A DNA stretch of 63,490 nucleotides, the filler included, from Chiloscyllium plagiosum (lineage: Eukaryota), in the NCBI RefSeq assembly GCF_004010195.1. It is 4 parts of one record of this genome, joined end to end, with 100 filler letters (N's around TTAATTAATTAA, not from the genome) between each part and the next. Parts side by side here need not be neighbours in the genome. Positions count along the whole stretch, not along the records: positions 25,287 to 52,392 come from NC_057710.1; 3 more parts are not named here. The stretch is one strand, 5' to 3'. Below the pieces are notes generated by a model. The model was not told the DNA's origin and ran no database searches. It saw nothing but the letters and a program-made list of their open reading frames with translations. A program made the translations under genes and the position numbers. Positions 26,125 to 39,632 of the stretch are shown piece by piece (position 1 is the first letter of the stretch; each line of letters begins with the position of its first letter).

Positions 26125-26332
26125 ATAAAAGCCAAAAGAACTGCGGATGCTGTGAATTAGAAACAGAAGTTTGTGGAAAAGCTCAGCAGGTCTGGCAGCA
26201 CCTGTGAAGAGAAATCAGAGTTAATGTTTTGGGTCGAGCGACCCTTCCTCAGAACTGTTCTGAGCTTTACCACCTCCAAAGCAAAGCAAGCAGATTTCTC
26301 AGCTCTTCCAACAACTTCCATTTTTGTTTCAG
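26125..26332 (-). mobile_element. Decayed PLE family C fold-back terminus inside a SINE
   Basis: Minus strand agtt-CTGAGGA-agggtcgctcgaccc-aaaacatt-aact; partial inverted copy at ~26290-26332. Confidence 0.55.
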
Positions 26333-27929
26333 GTACAGTTGGTAATTTCCTTCTCTGGAGGACAGTAGTGAACCAGATGAGTTTTCCCTGACAATTGATA
26401 ATGGAATCATAGTCATCATTAGACTCTTAATTCCATTTTTTTATTGGATTGAAATTCCACTATCTGTAATGACCAGATTTGAAACTGGATTTCTGGGACA
26501 TTTCTGTGTCCTGAGATGAACAGGCCAGTGACAATACCACTAGGTCATTGCCTCTCCTTAATATCGCAAACCTCTTCTAATTTTTCTGGACTTAGCATTC
26601 ATACTGCAACCTCAGCAATAACAACTCCTATTTGCAGGACAGCAGGCTATTTCATTGGGCCAGCAACTCTTGGAGGCGGAGTAATCATCGTCACTTGGGT
26701 ACCGGTCCCATTGACAGAATCTTAATTAGCTAATGATGGTAAAGGGCTCTACCACCTGCTGGTTCGGTGTGAGCTCTCACTTTTGATGCTATTAGCAGGA
26801 TTTCTCAAACCCAGTGAAAATCCAGCCCAGTATTTCTGCTGGTTGGGGAATCCAGGACTAAGGACACTTAGAATAAACATTAGAGGCAGACCTCTCAACG
26901 AACAAAACTGGGAAATTATTTTGCATGCAAAGGGTGTCAGAAGTTTGAAATGCTTCTATAAATGGATACTTGATAATTATATACTTTAAATCTGTGATTA
27001 ATGGATTTTTGGTCATGAGGAGATAGAACGGATTAGGTTTAAAGTTGGGTACATGAGTTCAATCACAAATCAGCCATAATATCACTGACGGTAGAATGTT
27101 TTGGTTTGAGAAGCAAAATGGTGTATTCTGTTTCTAGGTTCTTCAGTGCTACAAGCACTTTCTTCAAAACCACATGTGTTTTATTTAGGATTATACACTA
27201 CATGCATTTAGGAACATAAGAGCACAGGGATGTAAATAGGCCATGCAGCCCCTCAAACTCATTCCATCATTCACCGAGATCATGGCTGATCTGTGGCCTA
27301 ACTTTATTTACCTGTCTTTGGTTTATAATCTCTAAACACCTTTGCTTAACAAAAAAAATCTACCTCAGAATTAAGATTAACAACTGATCCAGCATCCACT
27401 GCTTTTGTGGAAGAGAGTTTCAAGACTGTAATCCTTAGTTCTAGAATCACCATTTCAGTGCATATGTGATACATTTACCCTGGTAAACCATTCATCAATG
27501 AATGTAACTGCATATCACTGTAGTATTACAAAAATGTTGTTGATTAAGAAAAGTTGGCTTGCATTATTGCAAAACAAAACATTTGGTCACAAAAAACATT
27601 TAGGTGCAAAATTCTGCCAGTTAACTCCATTGGTTAGGGAGTCCCCTCTGTAGGACCTAAGCTTATAGGTGATCAGAGTAATTGGTGTGTCTGGGCAGGA
27701 CCAAGTGCCACTTACAGTTTTATTGTATTCACTCGTAGAACATAGATATCACTGGCTGCATTAGCATTTATTGCCTGTCTCTTGCTGCCCTTGAGAAGGT
27801 GGTGGTGAGCTGCCTTCTTGAACCACTGCAGTCCATGTGCTATAGTTAGACCTACAATGCAGTTAGGGAGGAAATTATAGGGTGTAGGCTTGCTCGCTGA
27901 GCTGTAGGTTTGGCAGAAAGAAGGAAAAA

Positions 27930-28600
27930 GAAGCATAGTATCTGAATGGTGAGATGATGCAGAGCTTTGAGATGCAGAGAGATCTGGGTGGCATGAATCT
28001 CAGGGGTTAGTACAAAGGTACATCAAGTAATCAGGAAAACTAACAGAATGTTTTGCTTCATTGCAAGGGGAATTGAATGTTTAAGTAGAAAAGTTATGCT
28101 TCAGGCATTAGTAAGACTGTATCTGACTGGTAAGACTGTGCCCAATACTGATGGAATGGTAGAGACAGAATGGATTGATTTGACTACATTCTCTGGAGTT
28201 TAGAATGTTGAAGGGGCATCTGATAGAAACATAGCAAATTCTAACAGAATGAGAAAGGATAAATGCAAGAAAGATATTCCCAATAACCAAGTCAGGACCC
28301 AGGGGTCACAGGGTATGGTTACTCTGTAGGTAATTTCGGACTGAAATGAGGAGAAATTCCTTCACCCAGTGAATTGTGAACTTGTGGAATTCCCTGCCAC
28401 AGGAAGTAGTTGAGATCGAAATGATGACTGTTTTCAGGAAGGAGTTAGATATAATTTTTAAGGCAATAGGGAGCAAAGGATATTGAGTGAAAGCAGGAAG
28501 AGGTTACTGAGTTGGGGGATCATCTATAACCACAATGAATGGTAGAACAGACTAGACAGGCTGAATGGCCTACTCCTGTTCCTACTTTCTATGTTTTCTT
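27930..28600 (+). mobile_element. Old CR1 3' portion
   Basis: gcagagagatctgggtg..., gaggagaaattccttcacccagtgaattgtgaacttgtggaattcc, and a CR1 3' UTR. Confidence 0.7.
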
Positions 28601-28709
28601 GTACAGAAATTTTCAGGAAACCCTGCTTACAGTTATCATTGACATTACTGCTGAGATTATTTATACTACTTGTCCTTTTAATTAACATGAGATTTTATTG
28701 AAGGAACAT

Positions 28710-29920
28710 AACCTAACTAACCTGATTGAATTTTTCCAAGGATGTGACAAATGTGATTGATGAGGTAGAGCAGTAGATGTTATCTACATGGATTTTAGTA
28801 AGGCTTTTGACAAGGTCCCTCCATGACCCAGAAGATTGAGATGCATAGGATCCACGGTGACCTGGATTCATAGAAGGCAGAGGGTGGTAGTGGATGGTTG
28901 TTTTTCTGGCTGGAGGCCCATGACTAATGGTGTTCCACGGGGATCTGTACTGGGACCTCTGCTGTTTGTGTTATATATAAATGACTTGGATGAAAAGGTA
29001 GTTGGTTGAGTTATTAAGTTTGCAAAGATTGGTGGAGTTGTGAATAGTGTGGAAGGTTGTCCATGGATACAGCAGGATATAGATCAGTCACAGATATGGG
29101 TGGAGAAATGGCAGATGGAGTTTAAACTGGATAAGTGTGAGATGCTAAACTTTGGGAGATCAAATGTTAAGGAAAGGTTTACAGTAAATAGCGTGATCCT
29201 GAATAGCATTGATGTACAAAGGGATCTTGGGGTCCTAGTACATAGCTCTCTGGGAGTGGCCACACAAGTAGATAGGGTGGTAAAGAAGGTGTATGATGTA
29301 CTTGCCTTTATTGGTTGGGGAATTGAGTACAAGAATCTGGATGTCATGCTGCAGCTTGAGAAGACTTTGGTTAGGCTACACTTAGAGTATTGCGTTCAAT
29401 TCTGGCCACCACATTTCAGGAATGATATGGAGGCTTTGGAGAGAGTGCAGAAGAGGTTTATCAGGATGCTGCCTGGATTAGAGGGTATGAGCTATTAGGA
29501 GAAGCTAGACAAACTCAGGTTGTTTTTCCTGGAGCAGCAGGGACTGAGAGGAGACTTGATAGAAGCCTATAGATTTATGAGATACATAGATAGGATTGAT
29601 GGTCAGAATCTTTTTCCCAGAGTTAAAATGCCAAAAACTAGGGGGCATCATTTAAGGTGAGAGAGTGAAAGTTAAAAAGAGATGTGAGGGGCAGGTTTTT
29701 TACCTAGAAAGTGGTAGGATTTATAACACGCTGCCAAAGGTAGCAGTGGAGGCAATTACATTAGGGACATTTAATGGACTTTTGATAAGCATACGTATAT
29801 GCAAAGGTGGAGGGAAATAGGTTGCTGGAAGACATTAGTTTAATTTGGCATAATCTTCAGCACAACACTGTGGGCTGAAGGCCCCGTTCCTATGCTGTAC
29901 TGTTCTATGTTTTTTGTTCT
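28710..29920 (+). mobile_element. CR1 LINE RT/3' portion
   Basis: WVEKWQMEF...LEYCVQFWPPHFRNDMEALERVQKRFIRMLPGLE; tail tgttctatgtt. Confidence 0.9.
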
Positions 29921-30694
29921 ATGAATCTACTTGAATTAACATGGCCAAAGCAACTCTTCAAAAGCACTATTGATTTTAGTCATTTCAAATCCATACATCT
30001 TTTCAGTTGTGTTTTTCAAAGTATTGTTAGTTTACTTTTAAAACCTGTTGTGAATATGGCTGAAATCACTACTTTGAATCATAAATCATGGAAACAGACC
30101 CTTTGGTTCAAATCATCTGAGCTGATCAGATATCCCAATGTGTCCTAGTCCCATTTGCCAGCAGTGTCCAGGGATGTGGAGGCTAGGTGGATTAGCCATG
30201 GTAAAAGCTGGGTTGATTTTACTGCTCCTCGAATGTTGCCTGAACTGCTGTGCTCTTCCAGCACCACTAATCCAGAATCTGGTTTCCAGCATCTGCAGTC
30301 ATTGTTTTTACCTTATGGGAATAGAGTCAGGGTCTGTCTGGGATACTCCACAGAGTGTCGGTACAGATTCAATAGGCTGAATAGGCACTTTCCGCAATGT
30401 AGAGATGCTACAATCAACCTTGATCAGAATGATGGAGCAGACTTGAGGGGCTGAATGACCTACTCCTCTATTTCTATTTCAGTTTCAGCACCCTTCAAAG
30501 AAAGGGCAAGAAAATAGCATGACTAGAAAAGAATGCAAACCAAACTGCATATTATATGATCTGGATTGTCCTGTGTGGTTAATAATATTATACATATTAA
30601 TGCTTGGCTGCATTTTAGTAATTGATTGGTATGTTAAACTTAGGATATAGATGCAGTATCAGATTTAAATTGATGCAATGTGTATATGGATGCA

Positions 30695-31570
30695 CAGAGG
30701 AACTTTGATTATCTGAATGAGATGGACGGGCACTATTCTGTTCGGATAATTGATTATTCGATTAATTGATTCAATGCCTCCCCTCTGGGGCTCGGAGTTT
30801 TCTGAAGTTTCCTGTTTCCTTGCTCTGCCTGCTTTGCACCTTCTGTCTGTCTGAGGGTTTGTTTCTGAGTGTAAGGGATCTGCAGCATTGCTGAAGCCTC
30901 CCGCCTCCCCGCCCCCCCCAACCTCCCCAATCAATCCAATGGGATTGACTCAGCGAGCACTTGCTAAGTCCGCTCCCCATTCAGGAGACTAGGCAGCAGC
31001 ACACCAAGCGCAAGCCCCCACCAACCCCCATCTGCCCTCCTGTCCGTCCCCACCCGCATCCGACCTGCCCCCCCCATGTCCCCCCGCCCCTGTCAGCCCC
31101 TGTCAGCCCCCCATATGCCTGCCCCCTGGGGCAGCCAGACTGGACACCAACAGCAAGACTGCTGCTGCCTTTGTGGGATGAGTCTCAAACTAGCACAAAC
31201 ACACACAACTTTTTACTGCAACCTTTTGACAAGTTTCCACTCTGCCCTGTACAGGACAATGTTGGAGAGATTATCTGGGGAAGGGGGATTTAGGGTACAC
31301 GCCCTCTGTAAAACTCCAGGGAAAGTGTGTCGGGGAGAGAGAGCGAGTGGGCGATCACTCATTTGGAGATGGTGCCTAGTTCCCATTGATGTCCAGGACT
31401 GTTCCCGGCAGCATTTCAGTAAGCTGGGTTCATTTTTACTCATTGTAAACAAAAGACACGATCAGTGTTGAAGCACCTCTTTGATGTCATGTTTCTATCG
31501 AGACCTTGAGATCTTCTTTGGATAATTCGAAATTTGAATAATTGATACTCAGATAATCCAAGTTCCTCTG
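30695..31570. mobile_element. pogo/Tigger-like MITE, copy 2 (876 bp)
   Basis: TIRs cagaggaactttgattatctga ... tcagataatccaagttcctctg followed by TA; homologous throughout to 7365-8352. Confidence 0.78.
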
Positions 31571-31689
31571 TACATTTTTGAAAAAATGGCAGTATAATTC
31601 TAGGTTGCACTAAAGCTCATTTCAGGTCAATTTCCCACTTGATGCAGTATGCAGAAGATTCCAGTCTGGTGCGGGCACCATTCATGAGT

Positions 31690-31990
31690 CCTCGGATACT
31701 TAAGCAGTCCATGTTCAAATTTAGCAAGATCTGGACAATATCCAGGCTTTGGCTGACAAGTGGTAAGTAACATCTACATCACACAAATGCCAGAGAATGA
31801 CCATCTCCAATAGAAAACAATCTAACCATCTCCCCTTGACATTCATTGGTGTTCCCATCACTGAATCCTCCATTACCAACATCCTGGGGTTATCATTGAT
31901 CCGAAACGTAACTGGACTCGCCAGATAAATGCAGTGGCTACAACAGCAGGTCAGAGGCTGGGAATACTGCAGCGAATAACTCACCTCCAG
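31690..31990 (+). mobile_element. Fragment of a second non-LTR family (CR1/L2 group) RT C-terminus
   Basis: Reads QDLDNIQALADKW*VT...KCQRMTISN...NILGLSL. Related pieces lie near 45360-45780 (+) and 62160-62680 (-). Confidence 0.65.
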
Positions 31991-33294
31991 ATATCCAGAT
32001 GTTTCATTACCTGGCTAGGTAACATCATCAGTAGCGACCTCCAAGTGAAGCGAAGCTGTTGTCTCCTGCTTTCTGCCAAAATAGATAATTTCATACTTTC
32101 CCACATGGCAGTCCAGGACTTCCAGATATTTGTCCAATTACTTTAGCCATCTATATCCCATAGTGGGGTCCATATGTCCTCATCAGGTCCCTGTGTGGCA
32201 GTGTCCTTTGGAATAGGATCGCGTACCAACACCAATCGCTGCATATGGAACATTGGAACAACAGTGCACATGCTCCGTCATACAGCTTCATGGAATGTTG
32301 GCCCCATGGCCTTCTGGGACTCTGACAACTTTACTTTCACCTTATACAAAACACATGCAATACAAAAGATGCTTCATTTGCACCTGAGTTTTGGATACCA
32401 CACATATCATTATTTCAAAGTGGTGTCCCACAGCATACATAAACAAACATTTCTGAGCTAAGTTGCACCAGATGCCATATTGATAATCACATTGGTATGC
32501 ACATAGTGAACAACTGCTGCAAGTGCAAACAATCAGCAATAAACCAGTGAATGTTCAGTATTAGTTTCTTGTCGGTGATGGCATTGTGGAGCTCAGTGCA
32601 TCAGCTAATGCCAGCTCTTATCCTGGTACAACTGAATACTCATTTAGCAGCAATAAGGCCACCTCGCCACAACTCTCCAACAGATTCTATTAAAAGGGAT
32701 AATCAACAACAGTCAGGTTTCTTCTGACTGTTCCTTTGATTCACAACAGGATTGTGCTTTGTATAGATGGTTACAGTTGTAAAGATCTACAAGGAGTGCT
32801 GCAGCAGGTGCTTAATTTTATTTTTGCAAAGTTCAAGGCTTCTATAAAGAAAGATTTGCTCTCAGATTGAGTAAATATTTCCCTTGGATTAAAACAAGAT
32901 TTATAGAATGAATAGAGGGCTTACAGAAATGGACAAGCTGCCGTGCGAGCCCCTTTATAACTGATTCTCTGAAAAACACTCTTGGTTTCCAGTGGATGCA
33001 ACTTCTTTTCCCCACTCAGCTGTCATACTAAATTTGTATTGTTTAGAAATGTCAAATTTCTCTTGTGAGTTGTTATTGTGCCTCTGTCCATTACAGTTCT
33101 CCTTACAGTGCTACCCAAGATAGTGTAACATGGCTAGTTGAAGGAAGCTAACACTCGTGATGACTGTAGGTAGCCTAGAAAGTGAGACGAGAGGGACGGG
33201 AAGATGGTGATGGTGAGAGAGCACAGATGAAAAGATAATTACTACCTTCTTACACCAAAGAATCTCTTCCCTAAGGTGGTGACATACTAATATT

Positions 33295-33485
33295 AGCAAA
33301 GTGGAGATGCTGTAGTCCCATTCTCTCATTAGAGAGAGACAATTGCTGGCCGTTCAACCTGACACAATGGGAGATATTGAAAAGAGGCACTTTCACATTA
33401 ACTTCAACAGCACAGGAATTGAACTTGCACTGTTGGTGTCACTCTGCGTCACAAACCAACCATCCATCCACCTGAGCTACATGAC
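33295..33485 (-). mobile_element. tRNA-derived SINE, decayed
   Basis: Minus strand tagctcaggtgg A box and agttcaattcc B box. Confidence 0.5.
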
Positions 33486-33854
33486 TCCAATCCTCACAAC
33501 TTACTGCAGGACATTTGCTAGAGTGCTCTGACACCTTACTCTTTTTATGCAATGTCATCCATAACCATGGCTAAGCCTTGTACGACAAAAAGCTGGCCTT
33601 ACATAACAGGTCTGCATTTTGAAATCTGCCTCAGCCACAGTGAAAGATGAGTTATTGGCCAGGAGATTCTGTGATATGCTTGTCTCCATATGCATGCCGA
33701 TGGAATCGTCATCGCCGAAGTCGCATTAGGTGGGGATATTCTTCAATCTTCCTGTTCAGAACTTGATCGGAGTGGATTGGGAGGGTAGCAAGGTCTCTAC
33801 CTGGCCATGTTCTATCTGATCAAATGATACACCCTCCTCTGAGAGAGGAGTAGT

Positions 33855-34815
33855 TATAGAGTCATAATCATAGAGATGTACAGCATGGAAACAGACCCTT
33901 CGGTCCAACCCGTCCATGCCTACCAGATATCCCAACCCAATCTAGTCGCACCTGCCAACACCCGACCCATATCCCTCCACACCATTCCTATTCATATACC
34001 CATCCAAATGCCTTTTAAATGTTGCAATTGTACCAGCCTCCACCACTTCCTCTGGCAGCACATTTCATACACGCATCACTCTCTGTTGGAAAAAGTTGCT
34101 CCTTAGGTCTCTTTTATATCTTTCCCCTCTCACCCTAAAACTATGCCCTCTAGTTCTGGACTCACTGGCCCCAGGGAAAAGACTATCCTATCTACCTGCG
34201 ACTCCACTTTCAAGGAGTTATGAACTTGCACTCCAAAGTCTCTTTGTTCAGCAACATTCTCTAGGATCTTACCATTAAGTGCATAACTCCTGCTAAGATT
34301 TGCTTTCCCAAAATGCAGCACTTCGCATTTATCTGAATTAAACTCCATCTGCCACTTCTCAGCCCATTGGCCCATTTGGTCAAGATCCTGTTGTAATCTG
34401 AGGTAACCTTCTTCGCTGTCCACTACACCTCCAATTTTGGTGTCATCTGCAAACTTATTAACTGTACCTCTTATGCTCACATCCAAATCATTTATGTAAA
34501 TGATAAAAAGTAGTGGACCCAGCACTGATCCTTGTGGCACTCCACTGATCACAGGCCTCCAGTCTGAAAAACAACGCCCTACCACTACCCTCTGTCTTCT
34601 ACCTTTGAACCAGTTCTGTATCCAAATGGCTAGTTCTCCCTGTATTCCACAAGATCTAACCTTGCTAATCAATCTCCCAGAAGGAACCTTGTCGATCGCA
34701 TTCCTGAAGTCAATATAGTTCACATCTACCGCTCTGTCCTCATCAATCCTCTTTGTTACATCTTCAAAAAACTCAACCAAGTTTGTGAGGCATGATTTCC
34801 CACACACAAAGCCAT
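33855..34815 (-). mobile_element. CR1 LINE RT to 3' end with internal deletion
   Basis: 225 aa ORF with [14 protein letters not shown] and FADDTK; 3' gactctat tail. Confidence 0.93.
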
Positions 34816-35197
34816 GTTCACTATCCCGAATCAGTTGTGGGTATTCACTAAATTTTGCGGAATACCCTGAAACTATTAGATTATTGGGGAAATCATCTGG
34901 TTTGTTAGAGTGCTTTAGGGAAGGAAATCAGACATCCTATCTGGTCTGGCCCAGATTTGACACAGACCTAAAACAAGATGATTGATTTTTAAGTACCTTA
35001 AATATTCACTGAGTAATTTGATAAATTGCATTCAATAAAATGGCTCATCACCAACTGCTCATTGGATAGTCACAAATGGGTCTTGCATGTGACACCCACA
35101 TTCAGTGAAGAAATATTGGAAAATACAAATAATGCACATCCCTTTGAAGCAGTGATTGCTGCTTGCCACCCAGGGTAACTGATCTGTCTAAGCAATC

Positions 35198-35380
35198 TGG
35201 AGAAAGTGAGGACTGCAGTTGCTGGAGATCAGAGAGGAAAAGTGTGGTGCTGGAAAAGCACAGCAGGTCAGGCAGCATCTAAGGAACAGGAAAGTCGATG
35301 TTTCAGGCATAAGCCGTTCCTGATGAAGGGCTTCTGCCCAAAACATTGACTTTCCTGCTCCTTGGTTGCTGTCTCACCTA
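35198..35380. mobile_element. PLE family B fold-back mini element, decayed
   Basis: Inverted arms meeting at gttcCTGATGAagggc. Confidence 0.65.
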
Positions 35381-35765
35381 TCAGCAATACTGTTGCACCA
35401 GAATCAGAATGATTGCAATGTTTTTGCAGAGAAACTGGCCTATTTTTGGGGCATTTGCATATTTCCTGTAATTGTGTCTGTTTTGGGGAATAATTTATAA
35501 ACAAAGAAACATCAGGGCATGCCACCATCATTACAGATTGGAAGCAAATTTTCCATTTCTCAATCAGCTCCTGTTTTGATACACTATTTATACAGGTGCT
35601 CCATTGAAATCATGCAAATCCTTTCAAAAGTGAATGTAATGGCACAACCATCACCTGAGCATCAGAGTAGATATAATCTTTTCTTGTCTGGGAGCAACTA
35701 GCTTGCTATATTCCCATCCTTTTCACAATAGTGACTTTCTGACGTTGGTCAAGAAAATAAAATAC

Positions 35766-35870
35766 GTTCTGAAGAAGGGTCACTGGACCTGAAACGATAA
35801 GTTTGCTTTCTCTACACAGATGCTGCAAGACCTACTGAGTTTTACCAGTAATTTCTGTTTTTCTTTCTGG
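35766..35870 (+). mobile_element. PLE family C terminus with hammerhead-like core
   Basis: gtt-CTGAAGA-agggtcactggacct-GAAACG, then ctctacacagatgctgc. Confidence 0.55.
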
Positions 35871-36021
35871 AAATCAAATACCGTGCAATAGAAATTGTTG
35901 AAAATTATGTGAGGGGGGGAAAAGCTCAAAATTAATTAAAAAGTCAGATGAAGCAGCCAAAGAAATTGTAATACCTTCCTCAGGGCTACACTTCTTCAAT
36001 CAGTGCTTCCTAGATTTAGAT

Positions 36022-36700
36022 TGTTAAAAATCACACAATACCAGGTTATAGTCCAACAGCTTTATTTGGAAGCACTAGCTTTTGGAGCGCTGCTCCTTCT
36101 TCAGGTGGTTGTGGAGTATAAAATCAAAGGACACAGAATTTATAGTAAAAGTTTGCAGTATGATGTAACTAAAATTATGTATTGAAGAAGATCTGGTTTG
36201 TTTGTTAAGTATCTCATCTTTTAGAATGACCATGGTTGGTTTCAGTTCTTTCATATGTAAATCCCAGAACTTAAAGTTACATTCTCAAGTTAACTTTAAC
36301 AATTGGTGCCAGATAATGTACTGAAGATGTGAGCTTCACTGTGTGAGGCTGTTTGTGCCCCAATGTTCTAATCTAAAAAAAAGGGATTTACAGAATCTTA
36401 CATGGATTCATACAGTTTTTGAGCAAAACCTAAGTACAAATTCACCCCACAAACTTATACGTATGTGTATGCATGTGGGTATGTGTGTGTGCGGGGAATA
36501 GGAGCATCTGTGAGAGTGTGTGTATGTCTAGGAGTGTGAGTGTGAGTGTAAAGGGGTATAAGTCTGTAAGAGGGTGCAGGTGTGGGTGTGAATGTGGGAG
36601 GCATATGTGTTAGCGTATAACAGAGACCTTGTGTATGAGAGAGGGTCTGTGTGAATATATGGGTTCGTGGGAGTGTGTGCACGTGTGTGCGTGTGTGTGT
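36022..36700 (-). mobile_element. PLE family A 3' UTR/pLTR
   Basis: Homologous to 824-1496, including the hammerhead and GT-rich tract. Confidence 0.8.
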
Positions 36701-36931
36701 TTATAATTCCTTGTAATGCCAAGTAACATGCCTTTAAAACATAATTCATTATTTTTATCTCATTAGCTTTTCTTGAGTACCAAGATAATTTGCTCAAGCT
36801 CTTCCTTTATCTTTAGCCTATCTCTTTAGCCTATCTCTTTAACTGCAGTATTGATTTATTCCAAATCAGGTCCCAATCAGTTTTTTTTTAACTGATGTCC
36901 ACAGGATGACATTATTTCCATTCCCAGCATA

Positions 36932-37130
36932 ACTTGGAGGTGCTGATGTTGGACTGGGATGGACAAAGTTAAAAATCACATAACACCAGGTTATAGTCCA
37001 ACAGGTTGATTTGGAAGCACTAGCTTTCGGAGCACTGCTCTCAACCACCTGATGAAGGAACAACGCTCTGAAAGCTAGTGCTTCCAAATAAACCTGTTGG
37101 ACTATAATCTGGTGTTGTGTGATATTTAAG
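36932..37130. mobile_element. PLE family A fold-back mini element
   Basis: Inverted pLTR arms, hammerhead at 37046-37080, 12 bp TSD attcccagcata (36920-36931, 37131-37142). Confidence 0.85.
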
Positions 37131-37429
37131 ATTCCCAGCATACTATCACATAATCTGAATCAATTCTTGTCACATTGTTAGTTCAGCTATGATATTGTGC
37201 ATCATGTTCAGCAACTTGGAACTGAGACTGCTCAAACATTCCAAGGCTGTGTTCAGTTGTTTAAAAATTCATTTAAAATATTTTCTTTGACTACATTATT
37301 TTTACTTCATCATAGTGCACTGAGTCTTTTTAGTTTTAGCCTGGTACTTTATAGATTTCCAGAGCAATTGTACTCACCTGCTTTCTCTCCAAATCCTCTT
37401 TTCCCAAGCTGTTTAAATCTACTTTACAA

Positions 37430-37759
37430 AATTCGAGAGACCCTCCAACCCTTAGAATCCCTTTAAACTCTTCTTATTAATATACCAGATACCTTTTAAA
37501 TGTTGTAATAGTACCAGACTCCACCACTTCCTCTAGCAGCTCGTTCCATACACATGCCACCCTCTTTATGAAAATGTTACCCCTCAGGTCTTTGTCAAAT
37601 CTTTCCCCTCTCACTTTAAACTTTTGCCCACTACTTTTTGAATTACCCTACCCAAGGAAAAGATTTGGGCTATTCACCCTATCCATGGTCCTCATGACTT
37701 TATAAACCTCTATAAGGTCACCCCTCAGCCTCTGATGCTGCAGGGAAAAATCCCCAACC
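37430..37759 (-). mobile_element. CR1 3' part, host of the full-length CR1; continues at 42929-43110
   Basis: cagggaaaaatccccaacc | attcagtctccctctataactc is contiguous in other CR1 copies in this window. Confidence 0.75.
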
Positions 37760-38388
37760 AAAGATTCTGGGTAATTGGGGAAAAAATTCTGGCTGTAACA
37801 GGCTGCTCCGTTTTTGAGGTATTTTAGGTGTTGGAGGTGATTTCCTCAAATTCCAGGAATATAAAAATTACTGTTCCATATGCTGTTGCATTGTTTTGGG
37901 ACTTTGGAGAAAAAAAAAGTCTAAACAGCAGCACTTTTAAAAGAGACAGGAACAGGCAAAGACAGCATATGGTGAGGTCAGTGTAGGAGAGAGAGAGAGA
38001 GAAAGAAACCCACACTGCTAAATGACACAGCAGTGAACACATGTAATTACTGCCTTTGCTATTGAACTCATGTACCCCTGGACATTGGAGTGCATCTGGG
38101 AAAATTAATGAACAGTGAAATTCACAATTGATCTTGGAGGAACCTATTCTAGGGAGGACACAACACAGAGACAGGTAAGTGAATAGTTTTAAATGTGGCC
38201 TTGGGGCCTTGCTGTAGGTCTGCAGTAGTGAGTAGAGTAGGTTCTTTCTTGTTTATGTGTTTTATTGAGATATGTCTCTTGATCAAACTTAAAAATGTAA
38301 GCCATAATATTAAGTTAGTCTGGAGCTGTGCTTTGTAGAGGAATAAGATAGGGTTATTTTTTGGGTCTGTAGATTGGAAGTAGCAAAA

Positions 38389-39324
38389 ATGGCCCTTAGT
38401 ACAGTGCTATGCTCTTCTTGTCAGATATGGGAGTTTAGGGAGAGTTTACGTTTTACTGAGGATTATATCTGCAATAAATGCTGCTGGTTGTGAATCCTAT
38501 CAGATCAAATGGAACAATTGGAGCGATAGTTAGAGGCAATAAGGAATTTACAAGAACAAGGGGGTGTGATGAATGGCAGTTATAGGAAGGGAAGAAAGTC
38601 GCAGATACAGTCACAGAGAGGGGTTAACTATAGGAAAGTTAAGAGAGGTAGGCAGGTAGTGCAGGAGTCTTCTGTGGCTATCCCCATTTCAAACAAGTAT
38701 GCTGTTTTGGAAATTGTAGGGGGTGATGGATTCTCAGGGGAACGTAGCACCAACAGCCAAGTTTCTGGTATGAAGACTGGCTCTAATGCAACGAGGTGTA
38801 CATTGGGTTCTAAGAGATCGATGGTGTTAGGGGATTCTCTAGTCTGAGACACAGACAGATGTTTCTGTTGCCAGCAACAAAAAATCAGAATGCTGTGTTG
38901 CTTCCCTGGTGCCAGGATCAAGGATGTCTCAGAGAGGGTGCAGAATGTTCTCAAGGGGGAGACAGACCAGCAGGAGGTCATTGTACACATTGGAACCAAT
39001 GATATAGGAAGAGAAAAGGATGAAATTCTGAAGGGAAATTACAGAGAGTTAGGCAGGAATTTCAAAAGGAGGTTCTCAAATGTTGTAAAATCTGGATTAC
39101 TCCCAGTCCTACGAGCTAGTGAGGGCAGGAATAGGAGGATAGAGCAGATGAATGCATGGCTGAGGAGCTGGTGTATGGGAGAAGGATTCACATTTTTGGA
39201 TTATTGGAATCTCTTCTGGGGTAGAAGTGACCTGTACAAGAAGGATGGACTGCACCTGAATTGGAAAGGGACTAATATACTGACAGGGAGATTTACTAGA
39301 GCTGCTTGGGAGGATTTAAACTAG
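38389..39324 (+). pseudogene. CR1 ORF1: zinc finger/coiled coil plus SGNH-type esterase, three in-frame stops
   Basis: Single frame: MALSTVLCSSC...YICNKC, LGDSLV, FPGARIKDV, VHIGTNDI, DGLHLN. Confidence 0.88.
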
Positions 39325-39412
39325 AAAGGTTGTGGTGGGATGGGGCGGTGGGTGCATGGGACCCAGGGAGATACTGAGGAAAGAGACTGAGACTGGTACA
39401 GTTGGGAAAAGA

Positions 39413-39632
39413 TAAAAGCAAATTACCGTGGATGCTGGAACCTGAAACCAAAAAAGAGAAAATGCTGGAAAATCTCAGCAAGTCTGGCAGCATCTGTAAG
39501 GAGAGAAAAGAGCTGACGTTTTGAGTCTAAATGACTCTTTATCAAAGGGTCAGTTAGACTCAAAATGTCAGCTCATTTTACAGATGCTGCCAGACTTGCT
39601 GAGATTTTCCAGCATTTTCTCTCTTTTGGTTT
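39413..39632. mobile_element. PLE family C-type fold-back mini element between CR1 ORF1 and ORF2
   Basis: Long imperfect inverted arms; 14 bp TSD cagttgggaaaaga (39399-39412, 39633-39646). Confidence 0.85.

Noticed and set aside
32170..32620. Possible Harbinger DDE nuclease relic
   Set aside because: Motif resemblance is too weak to support by eye.
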